Positions 1 through 13,585 of a stretch of DNA of 64,000 nucleotides are shown piece after piece. Under the pieces are notes generated by a model. The model made no database searches, had not been told where the DNA came from, and saw only the letters and a list, made by a program, of their open reading frames with translations. The first letter of the stretch is position 1. Every line of letters starts with the position of its first letter. The stretch comes from Macrostomum hystrix (lineage: Eukaryota; Animalia; Platyhelminthes), in NCBI GenBank assembly GCA_950097015.1, contig CATNEN010000002.1:3410001-3474000 (forward strand), given 5' to 3'. The translations under genes and the position numbers were made by a program.

Positions 1-440
1 TTCTCACACCCATGTTGGTCACTCTTCTCTCAACTAGTTTTTCACTCTTCAGTTCAATAAAATTTCAAATAATGAAATGAGAAATCATTATGGTGATTTT
101 TCAAGTCTTTCCTAGTTGGCTGTGATTGATTCTGTAGAAAAACTAACAGTGCTGAAACAGCAAATTATAAAAGGACAGGAGTAAAAAACTGCGTGTTAAT
201 ATTTACATGTACTGGCGCAGCGCTGTCGTATTTTCTGCTGTCTAATTATAAGAAACTTATCTAAGTCGTTTTGATATGGCATATAATATCTCATCTTATA
301 TCTCATCTTATCTTATACTCGTACCTATCATATAATGGTTGCCGAGTAAAAACTGCAGTTAACGAGATTAGATGACGACAGTTGAAATACAGCTAAAAAT
401 TGACGTTATAGAATGTTATGGAATGGAATGGAATGAATAG

Positions 441-1001
441 AGTAGAATGTGTCTAGGAGTAGAATGTGTTAATGGGTAGAATGTGTCTATGGGTAGAATG
501 TGACTATGGGTAGAATTTGTCTCTGGGTAGAATGTGTCTATGGGTAGAATGTGTCTATGGGTAGAATGTGTCAATGTGTAGAATGTGTCTATGGGTAGAA
601 TGTGTCTATGGGTAGAATGCGTCAATGGGTAGAATGCGTCAATGGGTAGAATGTGTCTATGGGTAGAATGTGTCTATGGGTAGAATGTGTCTATGGGTAG
701 AATGTGCCTATGGGTAGAATGTGTCAATGGGTAGAATGCGTCAATGGGTAGAATGCGTCAATGGGTAGAATGTGTCTATGGGTAGAATGTGTCTATGGGT
801 AGAATGTGTCTATGTGTAGAATGTGTCTATGGGTAGAATGCGTCTATGGGTAGAATGTGTCTATGGGTAGAATGTGTCTATGGGTAGAATGTGTCTATGG
901 GTAGAATGTGTCTATGTGTAGAATGTGTCTATGGGTAGAATGCGTCTATGGGTAGAATGTGTCTATGGGTAGAATGAGTCTATGGGTAGAATGTGGTAGA
1001 A
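441..1001. repeat. 17-bp minisatellite TATGGGTAGAATGTGTC
   Basis: Direct reading, about 33 copies. Confidence 0.95.
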
Positions 1002-1416
1002 TATATCCCAATCTTAGACACTTGTATTCATAGAATTTACTAATTCGTTAACATACAATCGTAAACGGATCCTAATGATTGACTGTGCAAAAGCATATAA
1101 TGTGCTAATATTAAAACTATATAATATCATGTTAGTAATTATATAATGGTACATAACTACTCCTAGAAATTTATAAATTCTCACACATGTGCCAGTTTCA
1201 TAGACTGTCTCGTGTGAAGAACTCGCAGCTTAAACAGAAGCTGCACTCGCGGTTGATGACCTCGGGTTCGATTTTATAGCCGGCATGAAATTGCTTTGCG
1301 TCTTTTACCCGGCCAAGAAAGAGCTCGGAGTCAATCTGCAGTTCTGCTCATAGACCCATGAGAACACTTGTACACTTGGAGTAGGACAAGGTCACACTGA
1401 TCTCATGCTCAATATC

Positions 1417-1533
1417 GACTGACTGACTGACTGACTGACTGACTGACTGACTGACTGACTGACTGACTGACTGACTGACTGACTGACTGACTGACTGACT
1501 GACTGACTGACTGACTGACTGACTGACTGACTG
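1417..1533. repeat. (GACT)n microsatellite
   Basis: About 29 perfect copies. Confidence 0.98.
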
Positions 1534-1777
1534 TCATAGAAAACCCAATAGACAAAAAAAAAAACTTTAAGCTTTTGTTCGCAATAACAATAGCGAGTCA
1601 CTGAAACATTCTGTCGGCCTCTTTGTCGGTTTCTATTTTTCTGTTGAATTTCCTTTGTTTTTAGTCGCATCCTATCTATTGTCTTTTGGGTCGTACTCGT
1701 AGTTTTTTTTTCAAAAAATTATACGAAGTCCGATGCTACTGAACACAGAAAAAATGAACAGAGGGTAAAGACACGAT

Positions 1778-4730
1778 AGAGAAAGGGAGAGAAGAGAGGA
1801 GGGAGAGGATAGAAAAGGGAGAGGATAGAGGAGGGAGAGGATAGAGACGGGAAAGGATAGAGAAGGGAGAGAATAGCGAAGGGAGAGGAGAGTGAGAAGG
1901 GAGAGGATAGAGGAGGGAGAGGATAGAGAAGGGAGAGGATAGAGGAGGGAGAGGATAGAGAAGGGAAATGATAGAGAAGGGAGAGGATAGAGAAGGGAGA
2001 GGATAGAGAAGGGTAATGATAGAGAAGGGAGAGGATAGAGAAGGGAAATGATAGAGAAGGGAAATGATAGAGAAGGGAAATGATAGAGAAGGGAAATGAT
2101 AGAGAAGGGAGAGGATAGAGAAGGGAGAGGATAGAGAAGGGAGAGGATAGAGATGGGAGAGGATAGAGAAGGGAGAGGATAGAGAAGGGTAATGATAGAG
2201 AAGGGAGAGGATAGAGAAGGGAAATGATAGAGAAGGGAAATGATAGAGAAGGGAAATGATAGAGAAGGGAAATGATAGAGAAGGGAGAGGATAGAGAAGG
2301 GAGAGGATAGAGAAGGGAGAGGATAGAGAAGGGAGAGGATAGAGACGGGAAAGGATAGAGAAGGGAGAGAATAGCGAAGGGAGAGGAGAGTGAGAAGGGA
2401 GAGGATAGAGGAGGGAGAGGATAGAGAAGGGAGAGGATAGAGAAGGGAAAGGATAGAGAAGGGTAATGATAGAGAAGGGAGAGGATAGAGAAGGGAAATG
2501 ATAGAGAAGGGAAATGATAGAGAAGGGAAATGATAGAGAAGGGAAATGATAGAGAAGGGAGAGGATAGAGAAGGGAGAGGATAGAGAAGGGAGAGGATAG
2601 AGATGGGAGAGGATAGAGAAGGGAGAGGATAGAGAAGGGTAATGATAGAGAAGGGAGAGGATAGAGAAGGGAAATGATAGAGAAGGGAAATGATAGAGAA
2701 GGGAAATGATAGAGAAGGGAAATGATAGAGAAGGGAGAGGATAGAGAAGGGAGAGGATAGAGAAGGGAGAGGATAGAGAAGGGAGAGGATAGAGGAGGGA
2801 GAGGATAGAGAAGGGAAATGATAGAGAAGGGAGAGGATAGAGAAGGGAGAGGATAGAGAAGGGTAATGATAGAGAAGGGAGAGGATAGAGAAGGGAAATG
2901 ATAGAGAAGGGAAATGATAGAGAAGGGAAATGATAGAGAAGGGAAATAATAGAGAAGGGAGAGGATAGAGAAGGGAGAGGATAGAGAAGGGAGAGGATAG
3001 AGATGGGAGAGGATAGAGAAGGGAGAGGATAGAGAAGGGTAATGATAGAGAAGGGAGAGGATAGAGAAGGGAAATGATAGAGAAGGGAAATGATAGAGAA
3101 GGGAAATGATAGAGAAGGGAAATGATAGAGAAGGGAGAGGATAGAGAAGGGAGAGGATAGAGAAGGGAGAGGATAGAGAAGGGAGAGGATAGAGACGGGA
3201 AAGGATAGAGAAGGGAGAGAATAGCGAAGGGAGAGGAGAGTGAGAAGGGAGAGGATAGAGGAGGGAGAGGATAGAGAAGGGAGAGGATAGAGAAGGGAAA
3301 GGATAGAGAAGGGAAAGGATAGAGAAGGGTAATGATAGAGAAGGGAGAGGATAGAGAAGGGAAATGATAGAGAAGGGAAATGATAGAGAAGGGAAATGAT
3401 AGAGAAGGGAAATGATAGAGAAGGGAGAGGATAGAGAAGGGAGAGGATAGAGAAGGGAGAGGATAGAGAAGGGAGAGGATAGAGACGGGAAAGGATAGAG
3501 AAGGGAGAGAATAGCGAAGGGAGAGGAGAGTGAGAAGGGAGAGGATAGAGGAGGGAGAGGATAGAGAAGGGAGAGGATAGAGAAGGGAAAGGATAGAGAA
3601 GGGAAAGGATAGAGAAGGGTAATGATAGAGAAGGGAGAGGATAGAGAAGGGAAATGATAGAGAAGGGAAATGATAGAGAAGGGAAATGATAGAGAAGGGA
3701 AATGATAGAGAAGGGAGAGGATAGAGAAGGGAGAGGATAGAGAAGGGAAATGATAGAGAAGGGAAATGATAGAGAAGGGAGAGGATAGAGAAGGGTAATG
3801 ATAGAGAAGGGAAATGATAGAGAAGGGAAATGATAGAGAAGGGAAATGATAGAGAAGGGAAATGATAGAGAAGGGAAATGATAGAGAAGGGAGAGGATAG
3901 AGAAGGGAGAGGATAGAGAAGGGAGAGGATAGAGAAGGGAAAGGATAGAGAAGGGAGAGGATAGAGAAGGGAAAGGATAGAGAAGGGAGAGGATAGAGAA
4001 GGGAAAGGATAGAGAAGGGAGAGGATAGAGAAGGGAAAGGATAGAGAAGGGAGAGGATAGAGAAGGGAAAGGATAGAGAAGGGAAAGGATAGAGAAGGGA
4101 AAGGATAGAGAAGGGAAATGATAGAGAAGGGAAATGATAGAGAAGGGAGAGGATAGAGAAGGGAGAGGATAGAGAAGGGAGAGGATAGAGAAGGGAGAGG
4201 ATAGAGAAGGGAGAGGATAGAGAAGGGAGAGGATAGAGAAGGGAGAGGATAGAGAAGGGAGAGGATAGAGAAGGGAAAGGATAGATAAGGGAAATGATAG
4301 AGAAGGGAGAGGATAGAGAAGGGAAAGGATAGAGAAGGGAAATGATAGAGAAGGGAGAGGATAGAGAAGGGAGAGGATAGAGAAGGGAGAGGATAGAGAA
4401 GGGAAAGGATAGAGAAGGGAGAGGATAGAGAAGGGAAAGGATAGAGAAGGGAGAGGATAGAGAAGGGAAAGGATAGAGAAGGGAGAGGATAGAGAAGGGA
4501 AAGGATAGAGAAGGGAAAGGATAGAGAAGGGAAATGATAGAGAAGGGAGAGGATAGAGAAGGGAGAGGATAGAGAAGGGAGAGGATAGAGAAGGGAAAGG
4601 ATAGAGAAGGGAGAGGATAGAGAAGGGAAAGGATAGAGAAGGGAAAGGATAGAGAAGGGAAATGATAGAGAAGGGAGAGGAGAGTGAGAAGGGAGAGGAT
4701 AGAGGAGGGAGAGGATAGAGAAGGGAGAGA
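1778..4730. repeat. 3-kb 16-bp polypurine satellite GGATAGAGAAGGGAGA with higher-order variant blocks
   Basis: Direct reading; explains the spurious 1037-aa ORF. Confidence 0.97.
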
Positions 4731-5367
4731 ATGAAGAAGAAGAGACTGACAAATTGGCTGGCTGTCTGACTGTGTAGAAGAGGTGGAAGGGTGCCAGAAT
4801 TATGCCAGTCAGTAACTCAGACAAAGCATAAAACCCTATTCGGAGTCAAAATAGGTCATAAAGATTCGGAAAAAGTATTTCTTTCCTCCGCGGTGCAATA
4901 GAGAGAGCACTAGCTGGTTCATCTAAAGAGTTGAGCAGGAAACCTAGCGTGGATTTATTTACATTTGTAGCAACAAAAATGCTGAAAAATATGGCCTAGT
5001 CATCCCTAGGGAGCACTTTACAGATTCTGAGATCCCTGTCCATGGGAATCCTAGTCGGACTAAATTTTAGTAACCGAACCGGGACGGGATATTTTTACGA
5101 TTTGTTTTTTTGTCCCTTGACATGCATGATGTCACAAAAATAATGAGAAGACTCGCATGTTTGTGCTCACTGCAGCGAATTTGTTATTCGGTTGGTGCCT
5201 GACAGTTGTGACCCAGAAAGAGGAAGCAATTCGGCACATTCCGCTGACGCCTCAGGCAAGCAGATGCGACACCTTGATATAATACTAGACAGGTGCGTAT
5301 CTGCCACTGGCTTCCTATTCTAAGAGACATATGAGAGATGCACACTGATACAAGTAGACAGCGCACA

Positions 5368-5845
5368 GGAGAGAGGAGGGGAGAGGGGAAAAAGGGGGGA
5401 AAAGGAGAGAGGAGGGGACAGGAGAGAGGAGGGGAGAGGAGAGATGGGAGAGAGGAGAGAGGAGAGGAGAGGAGAGATTGAAGAGAGGAGAGAGGGAGAG
5501 GAGAGAGGAGGGGAGAGAAGAGAGTGGAGGGGAGAGAAGAAAGAGGAGGGGAGAGAAGAGGAGATAGAGGAGGGGAGAGGGAGAGAGAAGAGAGGAGAGA
5601 TGAGAGAGAAGAGTGAAGAGTGGAGATGGAGAGAGAGGAGGGGAGAGATAAGAGGGAAGAGGGGAGAGTGGAGATGGAGAGAGAGGAGGTGAGAGGAGAG
5701 AGAGGATGGGAGAGGAGAGAGAGGAGGGGAGAGGGAGAGAGAGAAGAGGGGAGAGAGGAAATAGAAGAGGGGAGAGGGGAGAAGGGAGAGAGGAGAGAGA
5801 AGTAACCGAGGGGAGAGGAGAGTGAAGCGATTGAGGAGAGAGGAG
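5368..5845. repeat. Degenerate GA-rich low-complexity tract
   Basis: Almost purine-only plus strand. Confidence 0.9.
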
Positions 5846-6372
5846 CAATAACAGAGCAGAGATGAAAAATGCATCTGTTCGAATATTTTGTCTTCTCGCT
5901 GGTACGAACGGACACTAAGAAGGATTTGGTGAAATTGCGTTTCTTAACTCGTGGCGAATGTAACCATCTAGCTCAGCGCCGTCAATCTATCTTTCTCCAT
6001 CGTACATTATGCCGGGTTGTTTGCCATAGCCGAGTCCTGGGATCGATTTCAAAGTCGCGGCTGCAGCATCCTGTGTGACCCTGGCTGCTCCCCAGGTGAA
6101 GCTCTAGAAAGCGAGCAGAGTGAGTGTGAACTGAGTGGAATGAGAGCATTAAGGCCCAACTCAACTGAGTAAATGGGATTATGCCCGTGGTATCGCGTGT
6201 GAGGAAATAATTAGCGATTAGAACTGTTAAGACTGGGCTCTGCCTCAGGTTAGTTCGTTACAGATGAGAAGAGATAAGACAGGACACAGACTCAAGGGAG
6301 GAACTCGTTAGAGACAGAATTTGGAGAGAATTGGAGATTCAGTGAATTGGCGAGAGAGGGGAAGATACGTTA

Positions 6373-6505
6373 GAGAACAGGCGAGACAGATTGAGAACAG
6401 GCGAGACAGATTGAGAACAGGTGAGACAGATTGAGAACAGGTGAGACAGATTGAGAACAGGTGAGACAGATTGAGAACAGGCGAGACAGATTGAGAACAG
6501 GTGAG
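6373..6505. repeat. 20-bp minisatellite GAGAACAGGYGAGACAGATT
   Basis: About 6-7 copies. Confidence 0.9.
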
Positions 6506-6900
6506 AAAACAGCTACATATTGAGAGAACAGGTGAGAAACGTGGAGTCAGAGTAGAAAAAGTTAGTAAATATTAACACTGTGAGGATATTCAGCACAGAT
6601 GGAAAGATAGAGAGATGAAGAGGAGGAGAGAGAAGGGAAGGAATGCGGGCTAGTGCATCTGAGATCCTCTGCTGAGCAGGCCGCAGGAGACGCCGGGAGT
6701 TTCCGTTTGAAGAGGTCCCGGCCCGCTCAGCTCCCTCCACCCAGTGATCCCTAAGCGCAGTCTTGGATTTTTTAAAATTTTCCAAAAATCTTCCCAGGTT
6801 TTCGGTTAAGATTTTCCGTCTTTCTCGTCTCCCCCCGAGCTCAGCAGCAAGCCACAGGAAGTGCCGTCGGGGCGGAGGCGGGCGATCGCCTCTGAACAGC

Positions 6901-7105
6901 GGGATCAGTTCGGGATCACTGGGATCAATTCGAGGTCACTGTGAATTATTCGGGATCAGTGGGATAAATTCGGGATCAGTGGGATCAATTCGGGATCACT
7001 GGGATCAATTCGGGATCACTGGGATCGATTCGGGATCAGTGGGATCAATTCGGGATCAGTGGGATCAATTCGGGACCCAAAGGATCGATTCGGGATCAAT
7101 GGGAT
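6901..7105. repeat. 20-bp minisatellite GGGATCAATTCGGGATCAGT
   Basis: About 10 copies. Confidence 0.9.
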
Positions 7106-7594
7106 ACATGTGTATAGTTGCTCAATCCATGGACTGAACAATCTCTATGAGTACCTCAGCTGTTGATGTTAAAAAATTTTTCATCTTTGTTACAGAATCC
7201 CAAGCTCCCAAACCCGACCTACCTTCCCTAATCCTGTCCCGAGGGTTTTTGTGCTCGGCTGTGATGAAAAAGTAACGAAAATTTCTGCCGAATCTGCAGT
7301 GAGTGCTGCTCCTCTTTCTGTCCGCGTCTACAACGGCAACATTCTACTGGGGTAGTGCAGCTCTTGTCCCGAATTGGGACTCTAGTCCGGAATCTGGAGC
7401 TTTGGTTACGACTGGCGGTGAGCAACTTGCTCCAAAAAAGTCGTTAATTAATCCAATAACTTAAATTTCTAACATTTTTTCTATTTTGAATTCTACGAGC
7501 TATAATAAAAACTCACTGAAGTTTCTACGTATTGTAATTCCTCTAAACACGCTCGTATATTCTCTCTTCTCTCCTCTCTTTTCTATTCTTTTTC

Positions 7595-7877
7595 CTGTCT
7601 CCTCTCTCCCGTCTCCTCTCTCCCGTCTCCTCTCTCTCGTCTCCTCTCTCCCGTCTCCTCTCTCCCGTCTCCTCTCTCCCGTCTCCTCTCTCCCGTCTCC
7701 TCTCTCCCGTCTCCTCTCTCCCGTCTCCTCTCTCCTGTCCCCTCTCTCCCGTCTCCTCTCTCCCGTCTCCTCTCTCCCGTCTCCTCTCTCCTGTCCCCTC
7801 TCTCCCGTCTCCTCTCTCCCGTCTCCTCTCTCCCGTCTCCTCTCTCCTGTCCCCTCTCTCCCGTCTCCTCTCTCCCG
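7595..7877. repeat. 14-bp minisatellite CTCCTCTCTCCCGT
   Basis: About 20 copies. Confidence 0.93.
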
Positions 7878-8052
7878 TCAAGTCAAGACAGTCAGCTTCG
7901 ACGACTCGGGTGGAGTGCCCGTGTGACATTTTCATTAAGCTGTCAGCGATGCTCTTTGGTATTAGTTCTCTAGGCTTTTGCATTCTTTCCTGGCATTATG
8001 CTAGCATTTTTCACCACTCATTTCAGTAAAAAATACATTTACGAGCTACATT

Positions 8053-8860
8053 CGTCACTCTTCTCACACCCATGTTGGTCACTCTTCTCACACCCATGTT
8101 GGTCACTCTTCTCACACCCATGTTGGTCACTCTTCTCACACCCATGTTGGTCACTCTTCTCACACCCATGTTGGTCACTCTTCTCACACCCATGTTGGTC
8201 ACTCTTCTCACACCCATGTTGGTCACTCTTCTCACACCCATGTTGGTCACTCTTCTCACACCCATGTTGGTCACTCTTCTCACACCCATGTTGGTCACTC
8301 TTCTCACACCCATGTTGGTCACTCTTCTCACACCCATGTTGGTCACTCTTCTCACACCCATGTTGGTCACTCTTCTCACACCCATGTTGGGCACTCTTCT
8401 CACACCCATGTTGGTCATCTCTCCTGTCTCCCGTCTCCTCTCTCCTGTCTCCTCTCTCCTCTGTTATCTCTCCTCTCTCGTCTCCTGTCTCCTCTCTCCT
8501 CTGTTATCTCTCCTCTCTCCTCTGTTATCTCTCCTCTCTCCTCTGTTATCTCTATTCTCTCCTCTGTTATCTCTTCTCTCTCCTCTGTATCTCTCCTCTC
8601 TCCTCTGTTATCTCTCCTCTCTCCTCTGTTATCTCTCCTCTCTCCTCTGTTATCTCTCCTCTCTCCTCTGTATCTCTCCTCTCTCCTCTGTTATCTCTCC
8701 TCTCTCCTCTGTTATCTCTCCTCTCTCCTCTGTTATCTCTCCTCTCTCCTCTGTTATCTCTCCTCTCTCCTCTGTTATCTCTCCTCTCTCCTCTGTTATC
8801 TCTCCTCTCTCCTCTGTTATCTCTCCTCTCTCCTCTGTTATCTCTCCTCTCTCCTCTCTC
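8053..8860. repeat. Compound array: 24-bp CACTCTTCTCACACCCATGTTGGT (8053-8415) followed by 21-bp CTCCTCTCTCCTCTGTTATCT
   Basis: Direct reading; the 24-bp unit also occurs at 1-28. Confidence 0.95.
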
Positions 8861-9384
8861 CTAATCCAGCAAAGCCCAGTTCAACACACAGATGGAACAC
8901 TGACAGACCGTTAATCTAATCCCCATTGATGTGGCCATTAGAAAAGGTACTTACGCACACGCGAACACATCAGTAAAAGTGCAGGTAAAAAAGCTATAGC
9001 TGAAACTACAAGCGATCTCGCATGTCAGTAGAAGCTGAACAGGCGGATTGTGTTGAATAGAAAACTGCACTGAACAGTTCGGGCCCAGCGCACTCGGCAA
9101 AGGCAAACATTTAGAGCAACCTCCTCATTTCCAGTCTTTGCTCTACCCCCGCCTCGTTTCTCTTCCGTGTCATTTATCTCATACCTTGCCTTATTTACCC
9201 GCCTTTCAGCCCCGAGCCTGTCCATCTTTACTTAACCCGTATCCTTTTACCCATTCTCAAGGGCCGTTGTTAGACAATAGAGCACAGCAGATAAGGCATG
9301 TGCATGAATGAATTGCAGGCCCTGCTGTAACTAAATGGGATGACATAACCCTTTCGTCACTCCTTATCCTGATGGAGAATATTT

Positions 9385-12300
9385 TAGGATCTTGTCAGAT
9401 TATGAGGATCCTGTCAGCTTTTGAGGATCCTGTCAGATTATAGGATCCTGTCAGCTTATAGGATCTTGTCAGATTATAGGATCTTGTCAGATTATAGGAT
9501 CTTGTCAGCTTTTGAGGATCCTGTCAGATTATAGGATCCTGTCAGCTTATAGGATCCTGTCAGCTTTTGAGGATCTTGTCAGCTTTTGAGGATCTTGTCA
9601 GCTTTTGAGGATCCTGTCAGCTTTTGAGGATCTTGTCAGCTTTTGAGGATCCTGTCAGCTTTTGAGGATCCTGTCAGCTTTTGAGGATCCTGTCAGATTA
9701 TAGGATCTTGTCAGCTTTTTAGGACCTTGTCAGATTTTATAATCTTGTCATGTTTGTCATATGAATGCATTAAAGCAAGCGTTACTGTAACTAATTGGAA
9801 TGACTAACCATATATTTTCCAGGAGAAGGCTTTAGAATCTTGTCAGATTATGGAATCTGTCAGATAACAGATTCTTGTCATATTATGATTCAGCCATAGA
9901 TATTTAAGAATTTAGTAAGGCCTGAGCATCTTATTAAGTGTTCAGAGGATTTTAGGATCTTGTATTGTCTCTAGTTGGAAAATGAATATTTATCAGTTGG
10001 CTATGAAATCTTGTCAGTTTGCTATGAAATCTTGTCAGTTGGCTATGAGATCTTGTCAGTTTGTTATGAGATCTTGTCAGTTTGTTATGAGATCTTGTCA
10101 GTTGGCTATATAATCTTGTCAGTTGGCTATGAAATCTTGTCAGTTGGCTATGAAATCTTGTCAGTTTGCTATGAGATCTTGTCAGTTTGTTATGAGATCT
10201 TGTCAGTTTGTTATGAGATCTTGTCAGTTTGTTATGAGATCTTGTCAGTTTGTTATGAGATCTTGTCAGTTGGCTATATAATCTTGTCAGTTGGCTATGA
10301 AATCTTGTCAGTTGGCTATGAAATCTTGTCAGTTTGCTATGAGATCTTGTCAGTTTGCTATGAGATCTTGTCAGTTTGTTATGAGATCTTGTCAGTTTGT
10401 TATGAGATCTTGTCAGTTTGTTATGAGATCTTGTCAGTTTGCTATGAAGTCTTGTCAGTTTGTTATGAAATCTTGTCAGTTGGCTATGAAATCTTGTCAG
10501 TTGGCTATGAAATCTTGTCAGTTTGTTATGAAATCTTGTCAGTTCTTTATGAAATCTTGTCAGTTTTCTATGAAATCTTGTCAGTTTGTTATGAAATCTT
10601 GTCAGTTTTTTATGAAATCTTGTCAGTTGGCTATAAAATCTTGTCAGTTGGCTATGAGATCTTGTCAGTTTGTTATGAGATCTTGTCAGTTGGCTATAAA
10701 ATCTTGTCAGTTGGCTATGAGATCTTGTCAGTTTGTTATGAGATCTTGTCAGTTTTTTATGAAATCTTGTCAGTTTGCTATGAAATCTTGTCAATTTGTT
10801 ATGAAATCTTGTCAGTTTGCTATGAAATCTTGTCAGTTTGTTATGAGATCTTGTCAGTTTGTTATGAAATCTTGTCAGTTTGCTCTGAAATCTTGTCAGT
10901 TTGTTATGAAATCTTGTCAGTTTTCTATGAAATCTTGTCAGTTTGCTATGAAATCTTGTCAGTTTTCTATGAAATCTTGTCAGTTTGCTATGAAATCTTG
11001 TCAGTTTGCTATGAAATCTTGTCAGTTGGCTATGAAATCTTGTCAGTTGGCTATGAAATCTTGTCAGTTTGCTATGAAATCTTGTCAGTTTGTTATGAGA
11101 TCTTGTCAGTTTGTTATGAAATCTTGTCAGTTTTTTATGAGATCTTGTCAGTTTGTTATGAAATCTTGTCAGTTTGTTATGAAATCTTGTCAGTTTTTTA
11201 TGAAATATTGTCAGTTTGTTATGAAATCTTGTCAGTTAGCTATGAAATCTTGTCAGTTTGCTATAAAATCTTGTCAGTTGGCTATGAAATCTTGTCAGTT
11301 GGCTATGAAATCTTGTCAGTTGGCTATGAAATCTTGTCAGTTTGTTATGAAATCTTGTCAGTTTGTTGTGAAAAGTTCATACTTTTCATCTGGCCTGAAG
11401 CGCACTGACTTAAATTGGTCTCAATCAATCAATGAAGCGGTGAAAAGTGTTTTCACTCTCTGATTAAAAAGTCCGTCAGAGTTCAAGTTAAAGCAGAAGT
11501 TGCTACTCTCGCCTGTCTCCTAGCAGAAGATTTCAGGGATTAGGAATCTGGGAATTGCTCGGGACCCGGAGGGGAATGAATGAGTTGTCAGTGTTCGGCA
11601 GCTGTTATCGCTAGGGCGAGGGGGCGAGATGTGAGAAGGAGAAGTGATGGGGCACCTAAGGAAATTAGAGATATGAAAACGGGAAAAAGGCGGGAAGGAT
11701 TTGAAAGTTGAGACTGCCGGCTCGGGGCGCCCCTTTTTTCAAACACAAAGGCGGTTCGGAATTCTCACTGATGAGATTTTTCTCTCCTATTTCTTATTCA
11801 CTGATTTCATTTCCAGTCAGGCTGTCGTGTTGCACGCGTATTGGCAGTTGGGGAATTACAAGTGCTATTCAGCTCTGCAGTGAATGAATTGGCTTTTTCT
11901 TGACAATGCTGCTGCTATTCATGGAGCACAGAAATGATCAATTCAGATGCCCGGATGGCGCTTTGGCTTGCATCTTCAATTGAAGCTCTGAATGAATTCC
12001 ACTAGCTATTGGGCCGGATCTAACAGTTGCAGAGCTAAAGTATAACACGAATTCGATGCAGACGACGCAGAGAGGAGGGGAAGGGTGAGATGAGGGTGAG
12101 ATGAGGGTGAGATGAGGGTGAGATGAGGGTGAGATGAGGGTGAGATGAGGGTGAGATGAGGGTTAGATGAGGGTGAGAGGAGGGTGAGAGGAGGGTGAGA
12201 TGAGGGGGAGAGGAGGGTGAGAGGAGGGTGAGATGAGGGTGAGAGGAGGGTGAGAGAAAGGTGAGATGAGGGTGAGAGGAGGGTGAGATGAGGGTGAGAT

Positions 12301-13345
12301 GAGGGTGAGAGGAGGGTGAGATGAGGGTTAGATGAGGGTGAGATGAGGGTGAGAGGAGGGTGAGGGCTGAGAGAGTGAAACAGACATTAATCACTTATCC
12401 GGCACAGGAGAGCAACTAACAGAGCACTAAAATTGATTAGTTAATTTCGCAGACTGCTGCAATTTAGTCAAATGTCTGCAATCTGAAGCAATATTCTCAT
12501 TCGCGCGGCTCCATTCAGGCTCAAATAAATATGCATTTCTCGCCAGTGCTTCATCACAGCTCAAATCCGGCAATAAGCGCTGTTTGTTTTGAGTCGGTCT
12601 TCCAACTCTGCTTCTAGGAAAAAAGCACAGAGTCAGTGGACTTAATCTATCAGACTGAATAGAGGCCTCTGCTTGTGTTTGTTTTAAAAAATATTTGCTG
12701 GGTGTGGCACAGTTGCTGCAACTGAATTTTTCGTGCACTCTTTTGAGTCAGTCAGGTTAAAGAATATATTGTCAATCTATGATTACTTGTCAGTAAGCAA
12801 TTTTTTACTGAAGTGTTGTCAGACGGTTAGAAAATTTTTCATAGTTTTTATCTTGTCAGATTACAGATTCTTGTCAGGTTATTAAATCTTGTCAGATTAT
12901 GAAATCTTGTCAGATTATGGAATTTGTCGGATTATGGAATCTTGTCAGATTATGGAATCTTGTCAGATTATGGAATCTTGTCAGATTATGGAATCTTGTC
13001 AGATTATGGAATCTTGTCAGATTATGGAATCTTGTCAGATCATGGAATCTTGTCAGATTATGTATTCTTGTCAGATAATATAATCTTGTCAGATAATATA
13101 ATCTTGTCAGATACTATAATCTTGTCAGAGAATGGAATCTTCTCAGATCATGTCAGATCTCATAGATTCATCTTGATCCCATAGATTCGTCAGATCTCGA
13201 GATGAAATCTTGTCAGATTATGGAATTTTGTCAGATTATGGAATCTTGTCAGATTATGGAATTTTGTCGGATTATGGAAATTTGTCGGATCATGGAATCT
13301 TGTCAGATCATGGAATCTTGTCAGATCATGGAATCTTGTCAGATT
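9385..13345. repeat. Three related ATCTTGTCAG arrays (about 19 bp at 9385-9750, 21 bp at 9990-11370, 18 bp at 12885-13345) plus an unrelated 11-bp TGAGGGTGAGA array at 12085-12365
   Basis: Shared core RATCYTGTCAG in the same orientation. Confidence 0.92.
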
Positions 13346-13585
13346 AATGATTCTTTTTAGATTATGTTATTTTGACAGGTTCCTTGTCAGAAGAAGGACA
13401 TTGTCAGATAATAAATGACAGGAAATTGAGCTCCAAAAATGCTTTATCCAAGTTTATTTAACCTTGCAGCAGAATTAGCCAGTTTCAAAAAGTGTCAGAT
13501 TCAATAAAGCCAAACTTTTGGACTGCAATCCATTGATTTGATTCGCCGTCTCGGTGGCTGTCGCTTCGAATTGACTTCATTCCAG

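Noticed and set aside
1711-4824. 1037-aa ORF and the other long low-complexity ORFs (9975-11408, 15486-16657, 30825-31896, 42756-43683, 44816-45672, 53649-54482, 54753-55904)
   Set aside because: They are translations of stop-free tandem repeats, open in several frames and often on both strands, and many lie inside mapped introns.
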